Origin: Utricularia gibba
Taxonomy: Eukaryota; Plantae; Magnoliophyta
Assembly (NCBI GenBank): GCA_002189035.1
Contig: NEEC01000016.1
Location: 1,860,001-1,924,000, forward strand
Direction: 5' to 3'
DNA length: 64,000 nucleotides
Each line of letters starts with the position of its first letter. The stretch's first letter is position 1. Of this stretch, positions 35,935-49,339 are shown piece after piece. Below the pieces are notes generated by a model. That model saw only the letters and a list, made by a program, of their open reading frames with translations. It searched no databases and was not told where the DNA came from. The translations under genes were made by a program, and so were the position numbers.

Positions 35935-38900
35935 CCGAAGCTTCACTGAAAAGTTCTGGGTGCTTTTGTTGCATTTGTTCCTCATGTTCCCTGGTGGCTT
36001 CATCCACATTTCAACTCACGAAATGCACGTTTACTTAGGATGTCACACTTGTCACATATTTTCTCAATTGTGACACGTGGAAGACATTATGCATGTCTCA
36101 CATTTCTGTTGATAGTGCTAGTTAGTATGCCACCAATTCAACTCGTTCGTTGATTTCAAAAGGGTTAGTGTATCGAGGGCCTAGTTTGCCCAAGCTATAC
36201 TCTCTATTGTCCCCTTCCATGGCGATAATTTGAGGTATACCAATGCCCTTTCTTGAATTGTAAGGATCACCTTCATGCATCCGCTCACTTCTTCTGTCTA
36301 TCTTAATGATTTTAATGATATCCTTAATGATTATCATTCCCATATGATTTTAATGATATTCTTGGCTTACTATACCAGTTCCAGCCTCAAGATCTATCAT
36401 TCCCTCACTAGAGTCTCTAGTGCATAGGGATGTTGCATCATAGTCCATACAATACTTTAAACAGAAATATTACCAAGCTTGTTTGATGACTATTGTTGTA
36501 CATGAATTCCATCAGGTAGATATGTTTCTCCCACCTACCTCGATATTCAAGCACGCAAGCTCATAAGAGATCTTTTAGAGTATGGATGTTCAGGTCAAAT
36601 TGCTCGTCGATTTGCAGATGAAATGTTGTGCTCATGAGTAACTTCCTAACTCGGGCTTGTTGTAATATTGCTTAGAACCTTATGGTGAAATGTAAGTCCC
36701 TATCGCACATGATTGAAGTTGGCACTCTTACTCGGATGAACTCTCACATGTAGACTTGGGCAAGCTATCACATACTCAATTAGCTTGGATGAGCAGGAAG
36801 TAAACACTTCTGGTTAAGCAGTCCATTATGACCCAATGAGCATCTAGACCCTTGTTGGTCGTGGGTAACCTACTCACGAAGTTCGCTTTCTTGGGATGGT
36901 GCTTTACCTTAAGCTCGTAGTCCTTGATCAGCTCCATCCATCTTCATTGGTGCAGGTTTAATTCTCTTTACATAAACAGATACTTGAGGCTTTGATGATC
37001 AATATAGAACTTGCTTGTGCTTCCATAAAGGTAGTGTCACCATAGCTTAAGAACAAACACCATTGTTGCGTGTTCCAAATCATATATTGGATAGTTGTGT
37101 TTGTGAGGTTTGAGCTATCGGGAGGCATACGCTATCATGCATCCCACTTGCATAATACTCTACCAAGGGAGGTCTCAAATGTATTTGAATAAATAGTGTA
37201 ACCTTAATTAATTTGCGATAGAGTGAGAATCAATGTTGTGCTTAACTTCCCTTTGAGTTCCTGAAAGTTATCCTTGCATTCGAAACTCCACTCATAAAGC
37301 CTTACCTTCTTGATGAGGAATGTAAGGGGTTGAGAGATTCGAGAGAATCCTTGTATCAAGTATCGATAATACCCTATTAACTTGAGGAATTTTCAAAGCT
37401 CACTTATGTTTTGTGGGATTGGCCATTTGGTTATGAACGTGACCTTCACTTAGTCTATTTCCACCCCCTTCCCACTTATCACATGTCTAAGGAAGGTCAC
37501 ACTTGAGAGGAAAAACTCGCACTCAACCGTTTGGCATAAAGTCGCTTCTCTCACAACACCTCAAGATCTTGCGTAAGTGCTGGCATTGGGAGTCCTCATT
37601 TGAAAAATACACCGGGATATCATCAATAGACACCACAATGAGCTTATCGAGATAGGGATGGAATAACTGATTTATGAGGTCCATGAAAGTTGCTAGGGCA
37701 TTGATCAAACCAACAGTATTACCACAAATTCATAATGTCCTTAGCGCATTTGAAAAGTTGTCTTTGGAATATCTTCCTCTCGTATCTTCAGCTGGTGATA
37801 AACCATAAGATCTTAGAAAAGATAGTGGGGTGCCACAGCTGATCGAATAAGTTCTCTATAAAAGGAATAGGATATTGATTTCATATGATGACCTTGTTGA
37901 GCTCCCAGTAATCTCCATAACCTTAGTACTCTATCTTTCTTGCATACAAACAAAGAGTACTAGGGTACCCCATAGAGGGGGTGCTGAGTCGAATCAAGCC
38001 CTTGCCAACCAAATCATTTAGCTGAGTTTTGAGTTCTCACAGTTATGTCAGTGTCATGCAATAGGAAGCTCATGTAATCAGTCAAGCCCCATCGATAAGT
38101 CTTATCTCAAATTGCACTTCTCAATTTGGTTTCTTTCCTGTAGTTCCTCCAAAAATGCTTCAATGAAGTTCCATAATATTACATCCACCCTGAGGTCATC
38201 ACCTCCTTTGGTTGATATCAAATGGGCTAGCATAAGTTGTACTAAGGTGTTATTGTAATCATTGCAGTGTTGCCTCCATATTCCTTTCAAGAGAGTGCAC
38301 TCCCACTACTCTCATTGCCTGTCTCACACTTCTATGACTTGTTCGCGACACTAGATCCATGCATGGTGTGCACTAAGCCAATCTTGTCCTAATATGATCT
38401 CAAAATCTTGGATGTCTAGCTCCATTAGGTTTGCATGCATCCGCATTTCACTCAACCTATAGGTAGAATCGACAACTCTCGAGCCATCCCCCTCTTGAGG
38501 TTTTTACCCAAGTGCGGATGTCCTCCCCCTTTCCTAATTCAATTAGTATACTCACTATGTTTCTCACTACAAAAGAGTGGGAAGCACCACAATAAAATAA
38601 TATCGTACTAGGGGAAGATTCGATAGAAAACATACCCATGATGGCCCCATTATCCTCTGTTGCCCTCTTGCAATTGAGATGGAACACCCCTGCCCGCGCT
38701 TGACTTAGGCCTTCTTGCATTCCAACTCCTGCTCCGATCACTTTTGGGTTGAGGCATCTAGATCAATTTTAAACAATGTGTTAAGATCTTTCCCAATAGT
38801 AGAGCGAAGATGGATTTACTCATGGAAAGAGATCAATTATTTATTCCATATTTGCTTTATATGAGATGTGATGACAAATCAATCAACTATAAGATTAAGA

Positions 38901-40104
38901 AATACAATGCAGAGAAAATAAGTTCTACCATGATGTTTTGAAACAAAAGTTCTAGAAAAAATAAGCATCACTATATTGAAACAACCATGTTTGCATGCTA
39001 TTTAAGTACGAATTATTTTTTGGTGTATCATATTACTTACAATAATTGTTAATTTTGTTCCTGTCCTAGATGTATAAAGAATTCAATGACAATGCAAATT
39101 GTTATGTTTCAAAATATTATTAAGTAAAGATCCTTGCAAAAATATACAAAATGTAATTTCCCCAATGCCTAAGAGTGCTAAAGCCGTGGTATGACATTGT
39201 TCCTTGCTCGACCTGCCCGCACAAGCAACCAGCGTGCACATGCAACGTCTCCCGCACACATCGTTACGCCCACCCATGTGCCCTCGCAAGCTCTCCCTCC
39301 CCCAATGCCCCTGCTCGGTGCACGCCACTAACGGTAGAAGCCTCGCTCAGTGGATACCCACTTCCTAGGTGTGGTTATTACAGGTATCATATAGTGATAT
39401 AATTATATGTGCATATCAAATAATACCATTTTACTAAATCCATTATAAACCAACCTCATATCTACCTATCAACACAATGCCTATAAGTCACTATTGTTTG
39501 ACATTGTTGACATAATTGATCTCCAACTATTTTCATTTTTGACAAAATTGATCCTCACTATAAAAGCTTAATTCTATTCTTTTTGGGTAAAATTGGCATA
39601 ATCATACCTCCTCGCCCACCCGCCCACCCGCCCTGCCTCCCACCCCCACCAACTTTGGTGCCGTCCATTGCATCAGGCCTTGGTGTGGTCCGCATATCAA
39701 GGCCCAAAAGGGTCGCTCCCTCAATCCAACTGAATAAAATCCAATTCAAAATTCAGTCCAATACAATATGCCCCGACCTTTTGGCCCAAAAAGGGCCAAT
39801 ACGTTTTAATGATAAAAATAATTTAGTATAATGTATGAAGGTTTTATATAAACGATTAAGTATTTATAATACTTATGATGTTATAATAATCAATTACAAT
39901 AAACACAAGAAAATATGATTTACACTTATCTTTTTTTACTTATCTCTTCTAGATTATCATCATTTTTTTGGAGATTCCTTGTAGTGTGTGCACAAAACAT
40001 CTCTATTGAGATATTTGATGTTTGTTATGAAAGGATTTGATCCAAAAAAAAATTGTTTGACATCTTCTAACGTTTATCTATCTCATAACCTAATACATAC
40101 ATAA

Positions 40105-40341
40105 ATGAAAAACCGAAACTGAACTGAATTAAATCGGTTTGGTTTTGAATTAATTGATTTCTAAAAAATTGTTAACTAAAATAAATAAAATTTATCTAAT
40201 TATTTTAATGAATAATTTGATAAATAACTGACAACTAAGTTTCAAGCTAACCAAAATTAAAATGAATTTTTTTTTAGTTCAGTTCGATGTGATTCGGTTA
40301 GTCGGTTTTTTCGATTATTAACCAAAATTTTCTTAGCCCTA
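40105..40341. mobile_element. Possible hAT-type MITE fragment
   Basis: Clustered AACCG/CGGTT subterminal motifs ending in TTAGCCCTA (TAGGG-type TIR). No matching left TIR found. Confidence 0.3.
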
Positions 40342-40660
40342 CTTTAGATTTGTACTCAAGAGATTGTTAGTAATGATAATCATATACGTTCATGCATGAT
40401 ATTACCTTCTAATCTAAACGAGATTAAGAATCCACAAATATGAGGAGAAGTAGTCTTTAGAAAGAAATCTATCCAAGCATATTCTCAAGACAATGAATCT
40501 ATTACAATTAGATTATGAAAAAAAAAATTAGGATTCACACTTCAAAATAAGAAGAAATTGAAAGTAATAATACTTAGACATTACAATCTAAAAAATTTAA
40601 TAAATAAATAGTGTTCAAGTATTCAAAAAAGAAATTCATTACCAGATTCATAAAACAAAA

Positions 40661-41015
40661 TAAGGATATTCTAAAAAGTACATCTCTAGATTATTTATGT
40701 TCTAATATTGAATTATAATATTATTAAAATAAAAAAAAGAAAAGAAAAGTTCTATCTTGTACAATAACATGCATAAAAAAACGAAGACACATTTTGAACT
40801 ATAAAGTAAATCTACTTTCAATTAGTTGAATTCCTTTGATGCCAAGACTTTAAATCCAAGTTCTGATAAAATATTATTGAGTAGAGACTTAAATGTAGTT
40901 TTAATTTTATTGTCTTTACTTCTTATGATTGATTCAAGTAAAATGATCTTGTTATTCAAAGTATTTATTTATATAACATCTTCATCATTCCTCAAATGTT
41001 CTTCATTATGTTGTT
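40661..41015 (-). repeat. Diverged direct repeat copy A (copy B at 44340-44695); relic ORF with coiled coil and hydrophobic tail
   Basis: Shared blocks AAGACACATTTT(G/A)AACT, ATCTACTTTCAA, TTGAGTAGAGACT, TCAAATGTT(C/A)TTCAT in both copies. Confidence 0.7.
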
Positions 41016-41949
41016 GGGCTTCATCATCCCCCTTTCATAAAGATTTAACCCTGAATCTACATCTATTTCGAAATCAAACAAATCATTAACATTAAAAATT
41101 GAATGAATATAAACTAATCTAGTAAATCAAGCTTATAAGTATTATAATTTACTCGTTCAACAACTTAAAAACATCCATCTCCAAGAGAAAGAATTTCTGA
41201 CTTTCTTTTGATAGGAACCTCTCTTCTCTAAGCTGAAGGTCAATTACAATCTTTAGGTTTGAGCATAACGTTGTATAGAAAATGACTTGTTTAGACATAT
41301 TTTATATTTTTATTTTCCAAATTAGATAATATTTAGAAATGTTTTGTTAAATAGATGATATTTTAGTTTTGATTTGCAAATTAAATGAGTTTCGAAATTT
41401 ATAAAAACAATATATTTTATTATTTTATTTTTAATAAATGTTATTAATTAAAAAACTATATATCATTTCCATAATATTTTAAAATAATGTAAGTTATTCA
41501 ATATATATTCAAAAAAATATTGAATACAAAAGAAATTAATATTACTATAATTTTTTATAAATAACTACATAAAATGATATATTTAATTTAATTAATATAA
41601 AAATAATCAAGTTATTATATAAAACTATCTGTTTAAATTTAAAATAAATGTAAAAAATAAGTTATTTGTTTTTTTATAATTTGTAATCTTAATACCTTAT
41701 TTTCAAAAACTTAATTTTATCATATGTGTTTTCTATTTCTGATAATTTTGTCATTTATTTCATTCATTTAAATCACAAATCATATTTATCGATGACAGAT
41801 TATAGAAAATAATAGATAATTAATTTTCATTCATTTTGCACCATGGTATGTGATCTTACAGATTACTTATAATAAAAAATGTTACATTCAATATTTGAGT
41901 AATTTTAGCAAATAAAGAAGTCAAATATCATATAAATCAAATGACAATT

Positions 41950-43450
41950 ACTGAAATTAATGTATGAAAAGAAAAAAATAGTTTGCTCTTTGACTTCGAC
42001 TTGTTGCATTGGGTTGATGATACTGTTGGTAAGTTAGGTGAATTGACCATGATACTGATTTAGAATGTCGTGCAATAGCAAGAGTTATGATACCTGGCAT
42101 ATAGTAGCTCTTGTGGAACAATGAGTGCTTATATGAATAGTTGGAAGATGAAGTTTGCATTGAGGTTGTAAGAATGTTACCTTGTCTATCATCCGAGGAA
42201 GTGTTTTTTATTTTTGTTTGCATCGTAATCCATGATTATAGCTTTGTTTGTAATCAACGGGACCCTTATTTCTAGTGATGGTGTCATGTCTTCATTTTTT
42301 CCTTTTTCACAAAGAGTTTATGAAAACATGGAATGGTGTATACAATGGATTCACACGGAATTGGTAACAAGCTTGTAAATTATTCACTTTAAATATAAAA
42401 AATTGAAAAATAATATTAAATTAGTATGATATATGAATCATTTGCAATCTTGGCATGAGCACATACATATCTATCAATCTATCAAATCCCGCATTCATAT
42501 TTTCCATCTCGAACTTCGATTGTTTTTATGTCTACTGAATATTGTGTTCAAAGTTCCATTGTACAAGTTTGATTTCTTGAGTCGTATGTTGTGTAAATAA
42601 GATTTGGTATAAGTTTCGATACTTGCTCATACTTTTTGTAGATCTTATCATCCAAAAATATTCCATTTGCATGTCGTTTGTGTGATGTTGTCTTATATCA
42701 CTCGAAGTACTCACATGCTTTCTCAAATGTGACTTTAAAGTATCATACAATATGTACTCATGTGCTTTTCTGAAGCAAGTTCTTTTAGTCTTTCGCAATG
42801 TACTTAATAATTAAATTAATATTTGACTTGAAAATACTAGAACTTATCTGACACTTATGAGATTACGCCAACTTAGAAATCTTCCAAGTTTCTGTTTAGT
42901 TTTGAACTTGATCCATAGATAGAATGGACAGTTAAATTTGATGGCACGAGATAAAATATTATTTTTGTGAACGACTTTCCACTCTCAATTCTCTATGTGC
43001 AACTTTCACATGATAGAGTGTTACTGCGTTAAAAATCTCTTGTATATCTTTGAAATATATACCTTCTTTCAAAATTTTGTTGTCACCATTATAAGTTTTC
43101 ATTTGAACTCTATTATGAAAATCATAAGCATACATAAAGGGATTAGTCTGTTCTAGAGTGTAAAAAATCCACATCTTCATCTTCCATAGAAGATTCATTA
43201 GATTCACCAGATTCCTCAATCCACATGTTTGAAAATTCTTCCAATTCATCTTCTTCCTCATAAAAAATATAGGTTGAACCCTTATCAATATTATAAGTGT
43301 TTGAAAATTCATGATGTGAAATATTAATTTCATTATAATAGAAAGTAGAATAATCAACTTGAGTTGGTTGAATCCAAAAAAGATTAAATTCTCCTTTATC
43401 ATCATTTAATGGATGTGTATTGTTACAATGTGGTTCACTTACAAGTTCAA
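41950..43450 (-). mobile_element. Mutator-like (MULE) transposase relic
   Basis: MuDR-type LKEGIYFKDIQEIFNAVTLYHVKVAHRELRVES, then C..NCPFYLW...HKC, then a SWIM-like ECG...CAHA remnant. Multiple stops and frameshifts. Confidence 0.7.
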
Positions 43451-44339
43451 TAAAGTTTAACATTAGTTTTAAAAAGAACAAAAAAATAAGAAGAAAAATT
43501 ATGAATTTCTAATAAATATAATTATTATAAAAACATAAAGTTTTAATAAATATAAAAAAGAAGAAAAATTATGAAGTTCTAATAAATATAAAATAACTAT
43601 AGAATAAAAAGAATCATTGATATATGATAATAAAAATAGAAGATTAATAGAACTTTTGATAAAGTTAAAAATAAGAATTTACATTAATCTATCAAAAATA
43701 AATATAAATTCTTGTGATAACAAAAAAAATATAGATTGATATTATAGAATCAATATAATATAAATTTCACCCCACTTAGCTATTGTACTCACAAATAAGT
43801 TTATATTATACTTGAAATTACTTGTCATCAAAACAAAATGCAACATTTCTATATTTATAATATTCATGTAATGACACTTTTAATATTAGAATCATTAAAT
43901 TTAACAGTTAAATTAAGTTTAAGAAGATTTAAATTTAATTCTAATTCATTTGTAATATAGTAAAGCAATTTTCCATACATCGTAGTACATTATAATTTTA
44001 TTATTTTTATTGGATCTTGATCACACGTTACGTAATCCAATTTATCATGAATGATATTTCCTCCATAAAAAATGTTAAATACTACTTTTTCCATTACTTC
44101 AATGAACTAGAAAAAGCTAAAAAAATCAAAATATTTTGTTGAATTTTTTTATGAAATATTAAAATTATTTATAAAGAAAATTACAGATAGTATTATAACA
44201 AGATTCAATATTAACCATTCCTTTATATATTTCATTATCAATAACTTGTATCTTTCAATATCGACCATTTGTTTTATATTATAAAATCATTTTAAAAATA
44301 TCAAAGCTAAACATATCATTTTATATATTTAAAATGTTA

Positions 44340-44695
44340 AAAGGATTCTTCAAATATTACATCTCTAAAGTATTTATTCTTTTGAATTGGACTCTAATAT
44401 TATTAAGTCTAAGCAAAATAAAAGAAAAGACCTATCAAATCCAAAAACACATATTGAAGACAAAGACACATTTTAAACTCTAAGATATATCTACTTTCAA
44501 GTAATTGAACTCCTTTGATAGCAAAACTTTAAACCCAAGATCAAACCCAATATTGTTGAGTAGAGACTAAATTGTATTTTCAATCTTATTGGTCTTACTC
44601 CTTGTCATTGTTCCAAATAAATGATTTTGATATCTAAAGTATTTACTTGTGCAATATCCTCTTCATTCTTCAAATGTTATTCATCATCTTGATTA
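44340..44695 (-). repeat. Diverged direct repeat copy B (see 40661-41015)
   Basis: Same blocks as copy A. Minus-strand peptide ...SLLNNIGFDLGFKVLLSKEFNYLKVD..LKCVFVF parallels copy A SLLNNILSELGFKVLASKEFN*LKVDLLYSSKCVF. Confidence 0.7.
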
Positions 44696-45693
44696 GATAT
44701 ATCAATAGAAATCATTAAAATTATAAATAATGATCGTCTCTATAAGAAATTTACTATTTGGATTTTCTATAAATAACGACTTGAAAAGAAATGATGTCAA
44801 TACTAAAAGACAGATTTTAAAATAATAAAGAAAATTGATTTTGGATCAAAGTTTCACTTTGATAAATTTGGTCTATGGCGGTTGCATAAGTTATGGGAAT
44901 GTTGTTGTAAAATAATATTACTCGATAATCATTATTATTTCCAATTTTATAAGATTATAGCATCAATACATTATCGAAACCATTTTCAACTGAGAACTTA
45001 TATTTAACCTCTAGACTTTACATATTCATAGATAGCTTAGGCCACATGTATATTATCAATTATATGTAATTGAGCTAATTAAATACTTGAGATCAAACTT
45101 TGATTTTCTCATATTACTTTAGGGTTTTGTAGTATTAAAGAGTATGTTAATAAAGTAAAATGTTGCGAAAAATGAAATCCAATTTTAAATTAAATATTAT
45201 AAAAATTATTAAAACAATTACATACGTTGGAACTTATATAAGTTAGGTTTTTCTACTAATCCTTAACTACAAGTGTTTATGTGCACATGTTTGAGACTAA
45301 ATGAAAACAAAATATGTTGTATTCAATTCTAAAACTCCTAAATTAACTCAAAAAGTTTGAACTCTCTAAAAATTTGGTACTTAGATCTTTACATTGATAT
45401 AGAACTCTAATAAATTTTCATGATGGACTTGTTGTCAAGACTAAAATTCATATTTTTTTATGAAATCACACCTTGAAGTCATGTTCTTAAGGAAGTAACA
45501 TAAAACTATATTATCTTTTAAACTCAAATTTATATATAAATTAGACAAATTTTAGTAAATATTAGATCTTACTTTTTTTGAAATATCATATAAAATCAAG
45601 GTAAAACATAGAGAATGTCATTTATATAATCATAGCAAAGTATGGTGTAGAGATCATATTTAATTTTTATTATGCAATTCCCTATTTAGTAAA

Positions 45694-46881
45694 TGATAAG
45701 TGATTTTGTGTCACTTATGTTTATACTTTTTAGAACTCATCTAGATGGGTTTTACACTCTTTTTATCTTACTTTCCCTATGTTTTTAAAAGAATTTTATA
45801 TCTTTCATGCCACTTTGATTTTTTTGGAGGAAAATTGTGTTTTGTAATTTTTTCCAAGATGATTTAGGCATAATTTGAAGGATTTTCGAGTTGACTTTGA
45901 TGGAGGCAAAGATTTGGTATATCCAGATAAAGACTCGGTCAAAGATTCTCAGATAAGATAAGATTCACATCTTATCTTAGAAAATTTAGTCTTATCCTAG
46001 AAGATCTATATCAAATCTTAAAAGATTTGGATAGAAGATTTGATATGATCCCATCAAGAAAGCTCAACAAATCATCACCATTATAAATATCATAGCCCGA
46101 AGGACAACCATGGAGCAATTGAGAGTCGTTAGAGTTAGTTTTAGGGTTTAGAGTCGAGTTCAACATGTTTTGGATTTCTTTCCTTTCGTTTTTCATCAAC
46201 TTTTGTTGTTTAGAGTCGAGCATGCGCGTGTGAGCGTTTGCGGCTAAGGATCTACATGAAGCCTTGCTTGTGCAAGTCTTGCACGTATGACTTTCTTATT
46301 AAGTTTTATAGCATTTAATTTGAAGTTTGATTCTGTTTTTCTCAACGTTTTTTTTAGTAACGTGATCTTTAGTATCATATAATCCTAAGGGAGTGTGGGA
46401 GAATCAAAGGTTGGCCTCAAGCACCTAAGAAGAAAAGTTCAATTGAACATCGTTGATAAGATACATTATGTCTAATCTGTGTGCGAGGTGAGAGATGAAA
46501 GAGTTAGATTTGAGTGTGGGGAAAACATATATTATCATAAGAAGTGAAATGACTCTGGTGGCATGATTGATTCCATAATCCCATCAAAACAAGAGATGAC
46601 GCTATAACGGTCACCGAGTAACACTATTTTAGAATAACAATTCTAAAACTTACGCAAACAGGTCAATATTCAAGGTTTGCACACATGTAAGGATGAGTTT
46701 TAAACACGGTAATCTTAGATCCAATGCCACTTTTCTTATTGTTTTCAAAGCCAAAGCTTTTTTTTGCTTTCAATCTTTTTAAGTCTTTAATTGAAAAGAA
46801 AATTCTAATAACAATTTTATGCGAATACGATTTTATTTTATTACTTCGACATTTTTTATGCACTTGCAAAATTACCAGTTA
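45694..46881 (+). mobile_element. Athila-like solo LTR (about 1.19 kb)
   Basis: Starts TGATAAGTGATTTT, ends ...TATTACTTCGAC...GCACTTGCAAAATTACCAGTTA (terminal CA probably mutated). GTAAA flanks both sides (45689-45693, 46882-46886). No PBS follows. Confidence 0.65.
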
Positions 46882-48078
46882 GTAAATTTTCCTTTTTTTC
46901 TCATATTTTTACTACTTTAGAATGTTTTTCTTTCATGTATATTCTTTTTAACCTCAATAAATCTTATCTGTAAATTATAGTAGTAATATACATGCCTTTA
47001 TCTTATTAAAACACATGATATTTTTTAATTATTTATTATTGCATACTTGTTCTTTTTTTATTTATCATTTCTTTTCTTATTTACTCTTCATTTTTCTCTA
47101 TTTCAATGTTAATGTTGAAAACGAAGTAACTCATAATTATATTAAATCTTTTATCTAAATCTTTTAAAGATACAATTTAAATCTTATATAATTCGAGATT
47201 TATTGATCAAATATTCATCTAAACAATTAAACTTTCTATTAAGGTTATAGTTATTTTTATCATATTTAATGTGAAATCACTTTAAAAAATCATAAAACAT
47301 AATTTTTTTTCAAAAAAATCAAATTAATATAAAAAATATTTAAAATATAGAAAAACAGATATAAAATGACTTAATAGAATTATAAAAATCATAATTATAA
47401 ATTACAAAAAATTACTCCTGTGTCAGCTTTCTTCATTCTAAGTGGAAAACTTTTTGTGGTGGTGTGCCAGCCATCATTGGTTTTCATTATTTTCTGAATT
47501 GCCATATTGTCTTCTTTTATAACCTGTTAATTGCATTAATATTACAGGTACTCTCTAAAAATTAGATGAAAATCGTTGAACCTGAAATAATTAATTAGTT
47601 GTATTTAGATAAATACATCATATTAAAAATATAATTGAAAAAAACATTAATATGTGATATAAAAAGAATTATAATTTGTTTATCATAAAATTAATACTAA
47701 AGTTTTGATTAACATGACTGAAAAGATTACCTTGTTTGTAATTCATATGCGTTTGCAAAACGTGTTTATAAAATAAATCTAGTTATTAACATGTGCATAA
47801 ATACATAATATGAGATTAAGCAATTAGAATATAAATAATAATCACTGATTAATTAATATTTTCATGGATAAATGATATTCAGCTACGGCCCAGGGGCTGC
47901 TTTTTTCTTCTTATGAGGAGCAGGAAGACTGTGAACTGTTGTTCAAAGGTATCCATGGCTACAACTCCAAAAAGGGCGCCTCTGTAATCGGAAACCCCCC
48001 ATTCTCTCCCTTCAAGTCCTTAAGCTCTTCGTTTTCTCAAGGCGTTCTTCGCATCCCGAATTCGATTGTGCAGCATAT

Positions 48079-48997
48079 ATGGGTAAGCTTTACGTGAAGA
48101 TGGTGCCGCCGCCGGATCTCAACCGGAACACTGAGTGGTTCACGTACCCGGGTGTTTGGACTACCTACATATTGATTCTCTTTTTCGCCTGGCTCGTCGT
48201 TCTCTCCGTCACCAATTGTACCCCTGGCATGGCCTGGACGATCGTCAATCTCTCCCACTTCTTGGTAACCCTGCAACTCTGTTGTCACAATCAATCGCCT
48301 CTATGTGTTCCTTTCCTGTTTTTATTTTCATGGTTTTTGAGTCCCTGCTGTTCCGATTTAACATCTATGTAAACCACAACTTATGCATATTTGGAGATTT
48401 TGACCTAAATCGAGGAACTAACTATATTGAAAGTGGGTGTTCTTTTCCTTTTTTGAGTACTTTGGAATTCCTGAGAAATTCAAATGTTGTTCCTCATACC
48501 AAGTGAGTACTTGGTATCACTTTGTCAAGGGATAAGGCTTCTGTTCCTGCCGCCCTGCCAAATGTAGACATTATGCAGATTGTTTCCCATTCTGCTGTAT
48601 CATCATTACTTTTTACTCTTTGTATGCAGATCACTTACCATTTCTTTCATTGGAAGAAAGGAACCCCATTTGGTGATGATCAGGGCATCTACAACTCTTT
48701 GACGTGGTGGGAGCAGATAGACAACGGCAAGCAGCTAACTCGAAACCGGAAGTTTCTCACAGTCGTACCAGTTGTATTGTAAGCTGCCCCTTGGTATTCT
48801 CCCATTCCCACTCTTTTGACTGCTTGTTGATGCATCCACCATAATCTGGTATTGGTAGGTATCTGATAGCATCGCATACAACTGATTACCAGCACCCCAT
48901 GCTTTTGTTCAACACCCTGGCAGTGCTGGTTTTGGTGATCGCTAAGTTCCCGAACATGCACAGGGTCCGTATCTTCGGCATCAACGGAGACCAGTGA
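48079..48997 (+). CDS. ORM1: ORMDL/orosomucoid-like protein, negative regulator of serine palmitoyltransferase
   Basis: Exons 48079-48264, 48630-48778, 48859-48997 (157 aa). DLNRNTEWFTYPGVW, YHFFHWKKGTPF, LTWWEQIDNGKQLTRNRKFL, KFPNMHRVRIFGIN. Confidence 0.96.
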
Positions 48998-49091
48998 GTG
49001 TGTGGTGTTGCTGACAAAGAAGGTGACTCTCCCCGCCCCACTCCATGCGTCAGGGCTTCTATCTGCACAGAAGAAATGATAAAATACATTT

Positions 49092-49339
49092 GGATATTAC
49101 ATACAGCACGTTACCTCTCCTACGATTAGTGTCAATAGTTACTTAATTTTTAATCAGTGATTCGGATTTCATTAGCCGCTAATTGTGAAGTTGGTATCCC
49201 CCAAGAGGCGGGTAGATGGATATTAAATACAGCATGTTACCACTCCTACGATTAGTGTTAACAGTTAATTTTTAATCAGTGATTAGGATTTCATTAGCCG
49301 CTAATTGTGAAGTTGATATCCCACAAGAGGCGCTTAGAT
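49092..49339. repeat. Two-copy tandem duplication, 126-bp period, between ORM1 and DMXL
   Basis: Units start GGATATTA at 49092 and 49218. Shared core TCAGTGATT(C/A)GGATTTCATTAGCCGCTAATTGTGAAGTTG. Copy 2 lacks 4 nt and has about a dozen substitutions. Confidence 0.9.

Larger units (their letters stand above)
33431..38760 (-). mobile_element. Ty3/Gypsy chromovirus (Tekay) element, 5' truncated: protease-RT-RH-integrase-chromodomain relics plus 3' LTR
   Basis: Protease LFYCGASHSFV (38457-38741), RT NALATFMDLINQLFHPYLDKLIVVSIDDIPVY, integrase tail GKLGPRYTNPFEI..RV..VAY / HNVFHVSQLRKY, chromodomain remnant DEATREHEEQMQQKHPELF. Many stops. Confidence 0.88.

Noticed and set aside
36300-36365. Short duplication ATGATTTTAATGATAT(C/T)CTT inside the Tekay integrase region
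   Set aside because: Small slippage or repair duplication in a dead element.
38760-39830. GC-rich patches and MULE-TIR-like text as a Pack-MULE with captured gene fragments
   Set aside because: I could not pair TIRs, find a TSD, or assign the GC-rich pieces to any gene.
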